A stretch of DNA of 62,189 nucleotides, filler included, from Sphacelaria rigidula (lineage: Eukaryota): NCBI GenBank assembly GCA_964200075.2. It is 10 parts of 10 records of this genome, joined end to end, with 100 filler letters (N's around TTAATTAATTAA, not from the genome) between each part and the next. Parts side by side here need not be neighbours in the genome. Positions count along the whole stretch, not along the records: positions 24,918 to 31,046 come from CAXNAA020022042.1; positions 31,147 to 37,275 come from CAXNAA020022043.1; 8 more parts are not named here. One strand, 5' to 3'. The translations under genes were made by a program, and so were the position numbers. Under the pieces are notes generated by a model that was not told the DNA's origin, did no database searches, and saw only the letters and a program-made list of their open reading frames with translations. Shown here piece by piece: positions 25,003-36,600 of this stretch (its first letter is position 1; the number at the start of each line of letters is the position of its first letter).

Positions 25003-26627
25003 TGTAATACGTGAGAGGACTGCGCGCTTGGAGGACCGCGTCGGTATACACGTGAACAGGTAGCACCCTGTAAGACGTGCTGCACGGGGTTCTTCACAGT
25101 CTTTTGTGAGAAACCCTGCATTGCATTTGCAAACCCTAGTACCTCTACTAGCATTTTGCGTAGCGTTTTCGTCGAAACCCTGCAAGCAACCCTGTGGAGA
25201 GCCCTCCCAGTCTTTTTTAATTCGTTGTCTTTTTGTCGAAAATTTCAAATTATTTTCGTACAAAATCTGTATTTATTTATTTTTTGAATAGCTTCTCCTG
25301 CTGCCCGAGATAAATATTTTTTATACCCAAATAAATCGGGCAAAAAGGAATTCATCTCGGACAGCAGGAAAAGCTATTCAAAACAGATCCTTTTCTCGCC
25401 CAATTTATTTGGGCAAAAAAAGGATATAATATGTTGAACAGCAGAAGAACCTATTAAAAATAGATCCTTCTTTCACCCATTGATATTGGGCAAAAAAAAG
25501 ACTCTTTCGAACAGCTTTTTCTGCTGCGCGAATGTTTTGCACACTGGCGGATTTGAAATTTGAACAACAGAAGAAGCTCGAAATAAATGTTCATTGTGCC
25601 CTCAAATTCATTCAGAAATTGGGCGCAAAAAGAGATTTATTGCGAAAAGCGTCAGCTGGGCATACCCCGCATACTGCACCGTTACTAGCGTATGGGATCC
25701 GACACGCACAGAAAAAGATATTGAACTTAATTCATTCTCTTGCCCCCCGGTTCTTGTACCAATTGGGCTAAAGGATGAATTTTCAACAGCTTCTGCTGAA
25801 TAGAAATCCCACACACTGCTTACGAGTGTATGTCTACACGCCTGTGCTTCGAAGAGACGCTTCCGCTGTAGGCGTGGTAAAGATGCTGTATTTGAAGGAG
25901 TATACCTCGCATATGAATGCACATAGCTTATGAAAATCCCGGGATCCAGTGTCCACCAATAGAAACTCAACGATTAGAAAAAATCGTGCTTTTGTTTATG
26001 GAGGTTTTCGCTCGATAGTTATTAGAAGCACAAAAATCATTTCGTCGTCAACAAGAAATAAATCGGGTAGCTCAATGTACACCTGGTTGCACTTCCGGGC
26101 TCGGAGTTCAATTCTCACCACTGCAATTTCTCGACCGTTTTTTTCTGCCAGTACCATGCCCATGCTGTATGGAGTATATTGTACGTGCGCTATAAAGGCT
26201 GTACATCATATTAACAACAATGAAGAGTACTCGGGGTAACGAAACCCTGTGAAGCGTACTGTGCGGCGCGAAAAAAGAAACTACAGCCAAATCCCCCGCG
26301 ACAAACACCGCACGGTTCCCTGAAACCCTGTGAAGCGTACTGTGTGGCGCAAAAAAAAAAACTACAGCTAAATCCCGGTGACAAACACTGCAAACTTTCC
26401 CTGAAATCTGTAGGCGTGCCCTATAGGGTGCTATAGTATCTGTCCACATGTGTATTTGAACATCCTCCTGGTAAGGGTTACGGTTACGATTACGGTTAGC
26501 GTTGGGGTTATGGTCAGGGGCGTGGTCCCTGCAGGGACTGATCTGATTGGTTTCGAGAAACGTCAATCCTTGGGTGTTTGAAAATACAACGTGGTCCCCT
26601 AAGCACACGGTCATCTCATGCATTACA
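25003..26627. mobile_element. TGT...ACA telomere-repeat MITE split by a nested 1.4-kb element
   Basis: Left TIR at 25003-25040; remainder at 26455-26627. 5-bp TSD tgctg/cgctg. Confidence 0.85.
25047..26452. mobile_element. Non-autonomous TA-target (Tc1/mariner-like) element nested in the MITE
   Basis: Imperfect TIR (t/c)acacgtg(a/g)acag..tagcaccct, with TA on both sides. Removing it restores the host MITE sequence cgg-ta-tttgaacatcc. 81-bp tandem subterminal repeat at 26241-26402. Confidence 0.75.
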
Positions 26628-27040
26628 CGCTGTTTAAATCTGGCACCTATCCCTAGCCAACAGAGGGTGTCGAAAGGAAAAACTAAAGTAGTAGGCGCCT
26701 GAACTGTCCATTTAATAATTCCTTCGTGAAAGGCCATTTTCTTAGCTCTTTCGCCTGCCACCGATCATCACAATAGAGATTTGAGAGTACTTGTATTCGC
26801 TCCACATTCCAAGGAAAGAAACCATCTGTACTTAATATTGAGCGACTCACGGGCTTACCAGTCATCGGGGGTCCTGCCACTTTTCAGCCCAGATTCCAAC
26901 TCTTCGATGCAGCCTGTTCCGATCGTAGTTGTAAAGAAATGTACTGGCTTGTTCTTTTGTTCTTGTGAAATTTCACCTACTCACTGCATTAGAGCCGAAT
27001 AACTGTATTTCAAGGTCAATAAAACCCTCCTGATAAACGA

Positions 27041-27250
27041 TGTATTGCGTGAGAGGACCGCATGCTTAGAGGACCGCGGCGTACTTCAAAACACCTCAGG
27101 ATCGATGTTTTCAAAACCACTCGGGCCAGTCCCTGCAGGTACCACGCCCCTGACCATAACCCCAACACTAACCCTGACCCTAACCCAAACCATGGGGATG
27201 TTCAAATTCCGATGCGGTCCTCTAAGCACGCGGTCCTCTCACGCATTACA
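27041..27250. mobile_element. 210-bp MITE with 37-bp TIR, internal degenerate (CCCTAA)n and 5-bp TSD
   Basis: tgtattgcgtgagaggaccgcatgcttagaggaccgc ... gcggtcctctaagcacgcggtcctctcacgcattaca; aacga duplicated at 27036-27040 and 27251-27255. Confidence 0.95.
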
Positions 27251-27383
27251 AACGAGGTATCTACTTCTATCGCCCGATAACACCAACTAACACTAACTTG
27301 GGCACTGTTTTGAGGACGGTCTCCTTATTTTACCCACATCTACCGACGCTAACCCTTTCGAGAATACCCTCAAAACAACCCTG

Positions 27384-27601
27384 TGTAATGCGTGAGAGGC
27401 CCGCGTGCTTAGAGGACCGCATTGTTGTTCCAAACACCTCAGGATCGCCGTTGTCCAACACTAATCGGGCCAGTCCCTCTGCAGGGACGACGCACCTGAC
27501 CTCAACCCCAACACTAACCCTAACCCTAACCCTAACCGTAACGATAGGGATGTTAAATTCCGATGCGGTCCCCTGAGCACGCGGTCCTCTCACGCATTCC
27601 A
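27384..27601. mobile_element. Same telomere-repeat MITE family
   Basis: Both TIRs present; ctaaccctaaccctaaccctaacc inside. Confidence 0.9.
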
Positions 27602-27750
27602 TAGGTGCCCACCTCTACCCATGACCGAGCCATCAGAATAAAGTTTCGAGGTTCTCAACTGAGCCACCGGGACGACCGTTCGGTTACAACATATATTTTC
27701 AACGCTCCGCTGCATCCCATCACTCGATTGTACTGAACGGAGTTTCCTCA

Positions 27751-27902
27751 CCCTTTGGGAACTAAAGTGCTGATTCGTGTTTGTGAATCTTTGTGAATCG
27801 GCATTATTTTGACTTGAAAATGACTGAAAATGATGCCGTCAAAATGATGCCGATTCACCTAAACAAATATCAGCACTTCCTGGGGGTCTAGTTCCCAAAG
27901 GG
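27751..27902. mobile_element. piggyBac-like MITE
   Basis: TIR ccctttgggaacta / tagttcccaaaggg followed by TTAA; internal inverted repeats. Confidence 0.75.
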
Positions 27903-28095
27903 TTAATAACGCTGATGGAGCTGAAGGGCATAAAAGCTTTTGCGCCATTCAAAATGAACAGAACTGTTCGAGAATGGGTGCATTGTATGGCATTTCAGTA
28001 TGGAAGATGCAGAAGTGCTTGCTCAATCGTCTTCTTCCTGCCTGCCACGAATCAGTGGTGCACAGTCGGGATACACTCACGACGCAAATATTTCA

Positions 28096-28346
28096 GACAG
28101 TTTCTACGATAGCCCCCCCTGAAAACGTGCATGGTTTTGGGAGGCAAAATCTTCACGTAAATCGACAAGGGAAAAGCCGAGCACCATAAGCAGCTGGGAA
28201 TCCCCACGCTTGGGCTCGTTCTCGCCAATGTTGCCAATATGAGGCGCGTCATGCAGCCTGAACCCATACGTCAGGCGCTGTATGTCCACTTGTTTCGTGA
28301 CACTTTTGGGCTGGTTTTGGTGGGGGGGGCTATCGTAGAAATTGTC
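28096..28346. mobile_element. MITE with 24-bp TIR and 4-bp TSD (TTCA)
   Basis: gacagtttctacgatagccccccc / gggggggctatcgtagaaattgtc, with ttca on both sides. The body matches about 12525-12745 in reverse orientation. Confidence 0.85.
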
Positions 28347-28349
28347 TTC

Positions 28350-28586
28350 ATATCCACCTGCTTTCTGTTCTGTAGTGTGTTGTTTGAGTTGACGAGAAGC
28401 GTGCAGCAGTCTTCTTCCGTCGTCGAGGGTGATGTCGAATTCCGTATACCCACGACATGGTCACTCTCTCCGCTGTTGAGTATAATGTGAGAAAAGAAAC
28501 TCAGATTTTGCGGCCTCAACGAGATTGGAACCCACATCCCAACCGTCAAAAGAATTCGAGGTTATCAGCTGAGCCACCGGGACAAC
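28350..28586 (-). mobile_element. tRNA-derived SINE related to family 1
   Basis: Minus strand reads ggttgtcccggtggctcagctg...gtgggttccaatctc, followed by the body motif catgtcgtgggtatac. Confidence 0.75.
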
Positions 28587-29430
28587 CTGTCTCTACTCTA
28601 TTCACGAACAAAACAGAAGGTGTAGCGAAGGCAATATTGATACGCGCGTACAGTAGATACCCCAAGTTCTTCATATGACATCGAACACAAAACAAACACA
28701 ACAACCGTACAACACCGGGGAAAAAAGCGTACAACGCGCCGAAAAGGGTTCAAGCGCGCACACACACGTCAGCGCTAATGAACAAAGTGCAACCCAAACT
28801 TCCTTCGTCGTGAGCTGATAGTCACACTTGTAGCGGGAAAGGTTCTTCCTATATATCTACTATGGAGACTCACAAGTACCTCGGTTCACACAAGAACAGC
28901 AGTAGCTTTGTCCTAGTTGCGGTTCCTATGACTTGGCCTGCACGGCGTAAGGTGTGTATAAAAATAATCAGGATGATGACCTGGAGCGATGGGGAGAAGA
29001 AAACCATAAAATGATACCCTTACCCACAGTCAGTGCTCGCTTGTACGGACTCGGCCCGCAGCCTGCAGGGCAAAGAGAGAGGATGATGATGTCCCGGAAC
29101 CAGTTGTGATAATTACGTGGCCAAAGAGGAAGTCGCCCAAGGGAGGGCAACCGAAAGGAAAGTGAGAGACGAAAGGGGTGTCACTCGCTTGCCTCCAAAA
29201 AACGAACTTCAACGAACATTATTATGTATGGTCGTTAATCAATACCAACGGAACGATAATAGCAATACGTACGGTAACATGCATGAAAAGATCCGGCGAA
29301 ACCCTAACCAGGGGCCCGAGTGACAATCAATCATGCAAGGGTCGGAAGAATCAGAGTTTATATAGGAAGGTATCTCAAAGATGAGGCCCCCGGTATATTT
29401 AAGCGTGATCTGCTCTCAAATATATATAGG

Positions 29431-29600
29431 TGTATTGCGTGAGAGGACCGCGTGCTTAGAGGACCGCATCGTTGTTCGAAACACCTCAGGGTCGATGTTT
29501 TTGAAAACCAATCGGACCAGTCCCTGCAGGGACCACACCTCGGAACGTAACCCCAACACTAACACTAACCCCAACCCTAACCATAGGGATGTTCAAATTC
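29431..29600. mobile_element. Truncated telomere-repeat MITE
   Basis: Left TIR and body present; right TIR missing. Confidence 0.85.
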
Positions 29601-30078
29601 TCGAAAAAATCAGATGGCACCCAGGTGCACCATCTGCACCCTCGGATAATGGCAATACACGTGCGGCTGACCTGTGCCGCATGACCACCCCGACCGTGGT
29701 GACTTGGATCACACTTTCAATCGGAGCCAGCACAACCAACGCATAATATAGTCAGCAGTACAACAGTAACATGATGTTGCACTCTCTCTCATCTCTCACT
29801 GTCCGTCGCGTGGTCGCGTCTGCGTGACTTCCCACTGCCAGCTCGAACATGAAAGATGATGTGTGATGTTTATTTCAAAGCTAAAATGTTTATGCTCGCT
29901 AACTTCCCATCTATGCATGATGCACACCGACAAAGTATATGAAGGGAGAAGAGCTGCCGCTCCGTGTACCCAGAGAGGCACAGAAAACCCAGGGTAGAGA
30001 GAGTGGCGTGTACGGGAACAGACAACATCATGGCGACTCTAGTATGTGCTGATGTTTGTTACATGTGTTGAGTCTATC

Positions 30079-30495
30079 GGTACCGCCATCTATGTGGACC
30101 ACACCGTCTCTACAGCAAAATGAACGATAATCACACACAAGAGGATACATTGTCAATGAAGACACACGAAAGCCCAACTACAACACAGGATTGTACAATG
30201 CTGTACGGACAGTACATTGCAGTGTCTTTCTACTCTTCCCCTCTCCCGTTGTGTTCCCTCCTTCGTCTATGGGCATCACTGAAGGATCACATTCCACTAA
30301 CCCACCGGGTAGCGTGACGCCTTTCTGATGTCGGCTTTCAATTTCAACCTCTTGATCGCCAGGGTGGGCATTTCTGAAGTGAAAATTATGCCGACGAAAG
30401 AGAAGACCCACCGTTGGGGTCACACGTTCTCAACGTTCTTTCAAACAGCGGGCGGATGCTGTAGAGACGGTATGGTCCACATAGATGGCGGTACC
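30079..30495. mobile_element. MITE with about 39-bp TIR
   Basis: ggtaccgccatctatgtggaccacaccgtctctacagca / tgctgtagagacggtatggtccacatagatggcggtacc. Confidence 0.82.
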
Positions 30496-30696
30496 TGTAA
30501 TGCGTGACAGGACCGCGTGCTTAGAGGACCGCATCGGAATTTGAGTACCCCTAGGGTTAGGGTTAGTGTTAGTGTTGGGGTCAGGGGCGTGGTACCTGCA
30601 GGAACTGACCCGATTGGTTTTGTTAAACGTCGATCCTGAGATTTTTTTACTACGGCGCGGTCCTCTAAGCACGCGGTCCTCTCACGTATTATTACA
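30496..30696. mobile_element. Telomere-repeat MITE, reverse orientation
   Basis: Both TIRs present; tagggttagggttag inside. Confidence 0.9.
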
Positions 30697-31146
30697 CTAT
30701 GAGGAAGGAGACGTTGCCCCCTGCCCGAGCAGGTCCGCATTGGTCCTTGACAGAAGACACCCGTTTCCTTGGCTACGTTGTGCGGCCGCGTCTTGCTCGG
30801 CACGACGTATAAAACTCAGGGGCATATGCCTCTAACATATGGAGAACCTCAACTAGTGGTTATTTCTGGCCTTGGTGCCAGCCTCGACCAACAGGGGGGC
30901 GATGTAAACAACAGGGATGGCAAGATCTAATCCTGTCTCCGCGCGGATTTTATATCGTTTCCCTCTAGAACTGTCATCGGAAAGTGTTCTTGTTTTCGGA
31001 ATCACTGCAGCATCGTGGATAATCATCCTTTCAAGCCACGCAGCGCNNNNNNNNNNNNNNNNNNNNNNNNNNNNNNNNNNNNNNNNNNNNTTAATTAATT
31101 AANNNNNNNNNNNNNNNNNNNNNNNNNNNNNNNNNNNNNNNNNNNN

Positions 31147-31351
31147 CTCTCTCTGGTGATATCGCCACCGACACACGTGTACACCGCATTCATTGGGTGC
31201 ACCTAGCCCGAACTGCCCAACTCCTCCTGCCGAGAGTTGGGGGGAAAAACCTTCCTTTTGTGTTACTGTTTTGTATTTTCCCAACGGAAGCGATTTGCGG
31301 GTTGAACCTCATTTTATAGTTCAACCCCAGAACTAGGATCGGCTGTTATCA
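31147..31351 (+). repeat. 3' part of an LTR (probably Copia-type) with a GGTTGAAC/GTTCAACC hairpin
   Basis: Ends in CA; the hairpin motif is shared with 24918-24970, 43605-43647 and 49637-49690. Confidence 0.55.
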
Positions 31352-31748
31352 TATACCCTTCGAAAAAACATGACTAAGGTAAATGAAATGTCATATAGTA
31401 CAGGGAGGTATATATTGGTCAGGGGTTTACCTGTACTAGGCTCTAGCGGGAACGTCTACAACACGACTATCGTCCTGGATGTTGGCCACGGGAGTTGAGG
31501 CTCAGTCGGGCTTTTGGGGTACCTTTATCCGGATTGTGAGTTGCAGGAGTGGCCGGATTTGGGATTTCCGACGTCACACGTTATCCGGATAAAAACCGGA
31601 TTAATTCGCGGATTTTTGCTCAAACGGAGCGGATTGGAATCGGAGTCAAACGGAGCGGATACCCGGAGTGGAAGGAGCGGAGCACATCTCTACTCAGTAA
31701 GCCGATTCTTCCCCGTATTCTCCAAGGATGGCTCTCAGTGGTTCGCCA

Positions 31749-31959
31749 TGTAATGCGTGAAAGGACCGCGTGCTTAGAGGACCGCATCTGAATTTGAACA
31801 TTCCTATGGTTGGGGTTGGGGTTAGGGTTAGTGTTGTGGTTCGGGTCAGGGGCGTGGTTCCTGCAGGGACTGGCCCGATTGGTTTCGAAAAACATCGATC
31901 CTGGGGTGTTATGGACTACGGTGCGGTCCTCTAAGCACGCGGTCCTCTCACGCGTTACA
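31749..31959. mobile_element. Telomere-repeat MITE, reverse orientation
   Basis: Both TIRs present; flanks cgcca/caccg (degenerate 5-bp TSD). Confidence 0.9.
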
Positions 31960-32499
31960 CACCGTCAACACTTCGTCGCACGACAGAGTGTTCGAGTAGA
32001 CATAAACGAACAATGGCCTCCGGCCAGCGGTTGTGGGTCCACCATCGCTCTAATAGAAAGCCTCATGCACCGGGTGCATTGTCGCGGGAAGTCGTAGGCC
32101 TGCCGTGGCCAGTTGAGACCAGGTATCGTTTATGTAATTAATTTACCCATATTTGCCCACTCTCACACACATAACACACAACGCCGAACATCCAACACCA
32201 AGACTGATTCAAGTGGGGTAGGAAATCGCTCATACAAAATCACACGTCACGATTCCATATTTTCGGCACGCGAAAAGGCGTGTGCCCCCAGTAGATTTGT
32301 ACTGCAAGTACCACATCGGGTATACCTCAAATAACGGAACTAGTCTCTTATTCGTACTTCCCCTGTATGTCATGACCCAATCTTGATATCAATTCCCCCT
32401 GTATCCAGGCAGATCCTGGAGCGTAAGTATAATCGATTAGCCTCCCTGCTTACGGCTCTAGGACTGATAGTTTATCCTGAATACATAGCGCCTCATTCT

Positions 32500-33900
32500 A
32501 GAACCGGGAAAATATTTCATGTTCTTTCGGACACGAATCCAACACGATATTACCAAGAACTGAAAACGAAAACCCGATCCCGTCAGGAAAAAACCTTTCC
32601 AGCCACTCACAGACGTCGCAAAATCGTCTACTTTAGCAATCGAAAGCTCAAATCCTGAATAAAATCAGTTCTTCGTAACCTATCCATGCTCCATTTCAAC
32701 ACTTGTTTGCGTCAGTCAGCACAAAGCAAATAGATATATGTGTATCAATCTCAATCATTACCAGTTCCCGAATATTCCTCAGAACAACCAGAAATCACAC
32801 ATGAATACACAGTGGACACCCTTTTCTTACTCCTCAGTTTCCATGATGACATTCGAGAAACACACTCAACCTTCCAATACTCGAATATGTCAAAAACGCA
32901 CTATTCTCATGGTAACAAGATGCTGTTGTCTATGTAAAATTCGATTTAAAATACCGTCTACAACAAGGTCTACATCAGGCAAGTTTCCACATTCAATATG
33001 TCCAGTGACCGAGATATCATTCCACTGAACAATAACATGACTCCTCGAAATAGAATGCAAAATAAACACTGCAAAATGAAAACTGTCAGTAGTGGTGTGT
33101 GTACCACTTCCCCTCTAGTTCGAGAACAAAATTCAAATTCAAATCGAATCAATTTAAGTTTTAATCGCTCAAACTAGAGGTATGCTCGAATACAAAAATA
33201 TATAGATTTTCCATCTGTGCCAACATAAGAAGCACAAGATCTGCTCCTGTTTGTACCACTCTGTATCCTAGAAAAACAACATTAGCCTCCCTGATGTCCA
33301 CCATCTATCAACTGCCTAGAATAGTTGATGGAACCCACATCAGTGAAAACTTGCAAGCTTGGATCCTTTTAATGTCAAAACACGAAAAAATCTCTTTCGA
33401 ACCTCGTTCACTTCATAGACCCTAGAATACCCAGAGAATATTAATGTACCAGTACACTCGTGCATTTCACAACTACTTGTACTGATTGTATCCTATCAGG
33501 GAGTAACTCGGAACATAAAACCAAACTCGGTAAGCACTAAAATCATTGTAACCAAAACTAGCGATTGATCAGTCCACTTAATTTCGAATTACTGATCTTT
33601 GATGCAAATTTCGCTCGTCGTCCGGCCCGATAACTTCCCAAAATCGTCAAGCTCATCGTCCCACTCTTCGAATATTTTCTCTTTCACAAAAATCAATCCC
33701 TGTACACCAAAGTCCAAGTGCATGCAAAGAAGTCGGATAAGAAGTTACTTTGCATAAACAGTACGCTCACCCAAACATCAGGACGGATATTACTCCTTGA
33801 ATAAACGCCTCACCCTGGAGGGAACACCATATGAATTACTCCGTATTAAAACGCCTCCCCCCCGATTCGATATTACATATTATTTTGCAGGGCTTTGCAG
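32500..33900 (+). pseudogene. Extremely degenerate Copia RT/RNase H relic, G-depleted
   Basis: YVKNALF..VVYVK..YRLQQGLHQAS (about 32886-32985) and FDANF..PDNFPKSSSS (about 33598-33660) resemble Copia DVKNAFL/LYGLKQA and DANW-NPDNGKS. Confidence 0.5.
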
Positions 33901-34220
33901 GGAGTATTGCTTCCGGGTAGTACATGAAAACATAACATCGATGACCGCAGAGTCAATTATCGTGAGTTATCCTGGTGCATAGTCAGTCCCGCATGTTGAA
34001 CGGCGGGTGGATAGTCAACTGTTTAGTGACATCCAAGACTAAAAACCGTTCTACTCTTGGAAGTATACTCGAGGTTGAATCCACGCCATGTTCTTTACGT
34101 AATTGAAAATGTCCAACCCAAAATCCAGAGCCGGTTAATCACTTTGCCGAAAACAAATTAGCGCGGATCGCAAAATATCAAATTCCCTTTTCGAAATCCA
34201 TAACCGATTAATCAAATTAT

Positions 34221-34408
34221 CCAAAATACCCCGCCGTGGTTATGATTTTTTAAACTTGATCCTCCACATGATTGCGATGATTTTTTTAATTATCGAGAAA
34301 GAAAATCATGGGGGGGGAATTCACTATTTGCTTCCATGATTCTCTTTCCGGGTAATTAAAAACGAAGAAAACTCATGTGATGGGGTTATCCACAGCGGAG
34401 TATTTTGG
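34221..34408. mobile_element. MITE truncating the 5' end of the Copia gag
   Basis: TIR ccaaaataccccgccgtgg / ccacagcggagtattttgg plus internal inverted segments. Confidence 0.65.
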
Positions 34409-34420
34409 GAGAAAACTCAT

Positions 34421-35044
34421 GTGATGGGAGGTGAACAGATCTCGTTGGTTGGGAACTTTTTCCATATGACACAGGAGACTGGCCAGGACCCCCGCGAATA
34501 CTGGCAAGAACATCAGAACGTTGTTGTGTCACTCGAAACGGCTCTCGAACAACCGATACCAAAAAAAGTAGTATTCGCGCTTTTTCTGGACGGACTCACA
34601 GCTGATTATGATCACCAGAAACAACACCTCCTCTCACAGAAAGGCTTGGATGTGGAAGATTTGTTGGCGACGTTGAGAACTGGGTTCGGGATGATCAGAG
34701 ATAACAAGGGAAAGGATAGCCAAGCTTTGATGTCAGTTTGGACGAACGGTGGCAAGGGTAGTCGGAAGAGAAAATTACAAGGGACCTCGGGAAGTACGGG
34801 GGATTCAAAACTAGACGGGCGTGAAAATGGTTCTGCGAAGGAGAGGCGATGTTGGATTTGCAGGAAGCAAACAACACAGTTCGCGCGTGACTGTCCGGAA
34901 CGACATTGTATGAGATGCGGAAAAAAGAGACACTCTTATCAGGGTTGTAATACAGGAGAAAACGAAGATACAGCGATGGCAGTAGGGTCGTCGGGTAGTA
35001 CCGATTCTTCAGTATGTTCGGAAGCGGACGCAGAGGCCTTTTGA
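34421..35044 (+). mobile_element. Copia-type gag (C-terminal 207 codons, open frame)
   Basis: GQDPREYW..FLDGLTADYD gag core; two zinc knuckles, CWICRKQTTQFARDC and CMRCGKKRHSYQGC. Confidence 0.85.
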
Positions 35045-36600
35045 AAAATGATGGCATGAGACCTATGCATGACTCAAATACCCCTTTGTTTTTATGTTTT
35101 GAGTGTTCGTCACCGTCATGCAGATAGCGGTTCATGTACCCAAGGAAAGGTTGTTGCCCAGGTGGATCGAGATGTTGGATATCTCTGGACAATGCTGAGA
35201 TCATATTCTTGATAGGACACCGAAATTCAGTGTTGATGTTTGACGAATTTCTGTCTCGATGAGTGCAGATTTACTTTGCGCGTTTGTTTGACTCGATTGA
35301 TGAATAGAAAATCGTCTGCCGTTTTTGTAAGTGTGAGGAGGGCGGGGCACCGCGACTTGACCTGACTGTGAAACGGTGTCGGTTAAATTGCACAGAGTGA
35401 GGTGCGTGAAGAGTGTTGATAATATGTTTTGACATGGATGCCGAAGTTCAACGCTCATGTGTAATATGGAGTCATCCTACGATAGGGGGGGGGGTATTTG
35501 GTTGAACGAAAAAAGAGGCTTATAATTGTGTCAGACGACCTGCCACACTCTCGGTGCACTTGTATTTTGTTCGAAACGATGTCAATCGGCATGAATGAGT
35601 GTCACGTATCTATAATAAGCTTATTCGAGCAACCGTTGCTGCTTTCACCGACCATTTGACCTGGAATTTCGTGTGAGAAATGGCTCAAAATACCCCCCCC
35701 CCCTATCGTAGGATGACTCCATTGTTGTCACCCCGATGAGCGCAGGACTGTGGGGCACCACACCCTTACTCGATCGGTTGAGGTGAAACCTTGTTCGTCG
35801 CCTTGGTGAGTACAGGCACATGGGGCATCACTGTCTGACTAGACTAGAGGGTGATACCGGTAAAATGTTCCGCAGAGGGGTATGCGTATGAATGGTGGTT
35901 GAGACCACAAAATTTGAGGTGGGTTCCGAAACTCGACATCTAAGTGAAGAAGTTGTTATCATTCCGAGAGGTGTAGGATTCGCGAGGCATCGGCTTCTTT
36001 ACTGGATTGGCTGATAAGACTTCGTTGTTATGGTAGGAGCAAGGACTGAGTATAGCGCAATACTAGTAGCTTGGCCTGATCATGATAATATCGGAAGAGT
36101 GACTGTGGGCACAAACGAAATTCCTGTGCTACAGGTCAGCAAAACGCATGTGACACATATTTGATGGCTAATAGATAGAGCTGACGTTATGAGCGAGATG
36201 CGGTTCATGTGCACAGCATGATAAAAGAAGAGTGCATTGTATCACCCATATGGGAGCTGGTCGTTGCTCGGTTGGCTGGCCAAGCGAATTCCATACAGGT
36301 TTACACATGTTGGCACGGCATGTAAAAGGCAAAGTGTACTGTTTCATGCAACCAGGATGGTAGCGGCCGAACTGCCGTTTGATCCATATGTGGTATGTGA
36401 ACGAGAAGTGAAGAGTTGAAATAATAGTGCTGAATCCGGGTATAATATGTGGGTGTGCGTTCGCTACTAACGTAACGCGACACCACAGTACGGTACGTGG
36501 TAAAAGTATGTTCATCGGTTGGTGATTGACGCGCCTGAGTAACATGGATATTAATACTTTTCCTTTCTGCTGTCCCACTGCCCATTCCTCTCGGGTCTGC
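35045..36600 (+). pseudogene. Degenerate Copia pol (integrase/SH3) relic, C-depleted
   Basis: Residual SR*VQIYF, MPKFNAHV and LPFDPYVVCEREVKS follow gag in the expected order. Confidence 0.45.
35466..35722. mobile_element. MITE with about 34-bp TIR
   Basis: atggagtcatcctacgatag(G)n tattt / aaata(C)n ctatcgtaggatgactccat. Confidence 0.88.
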
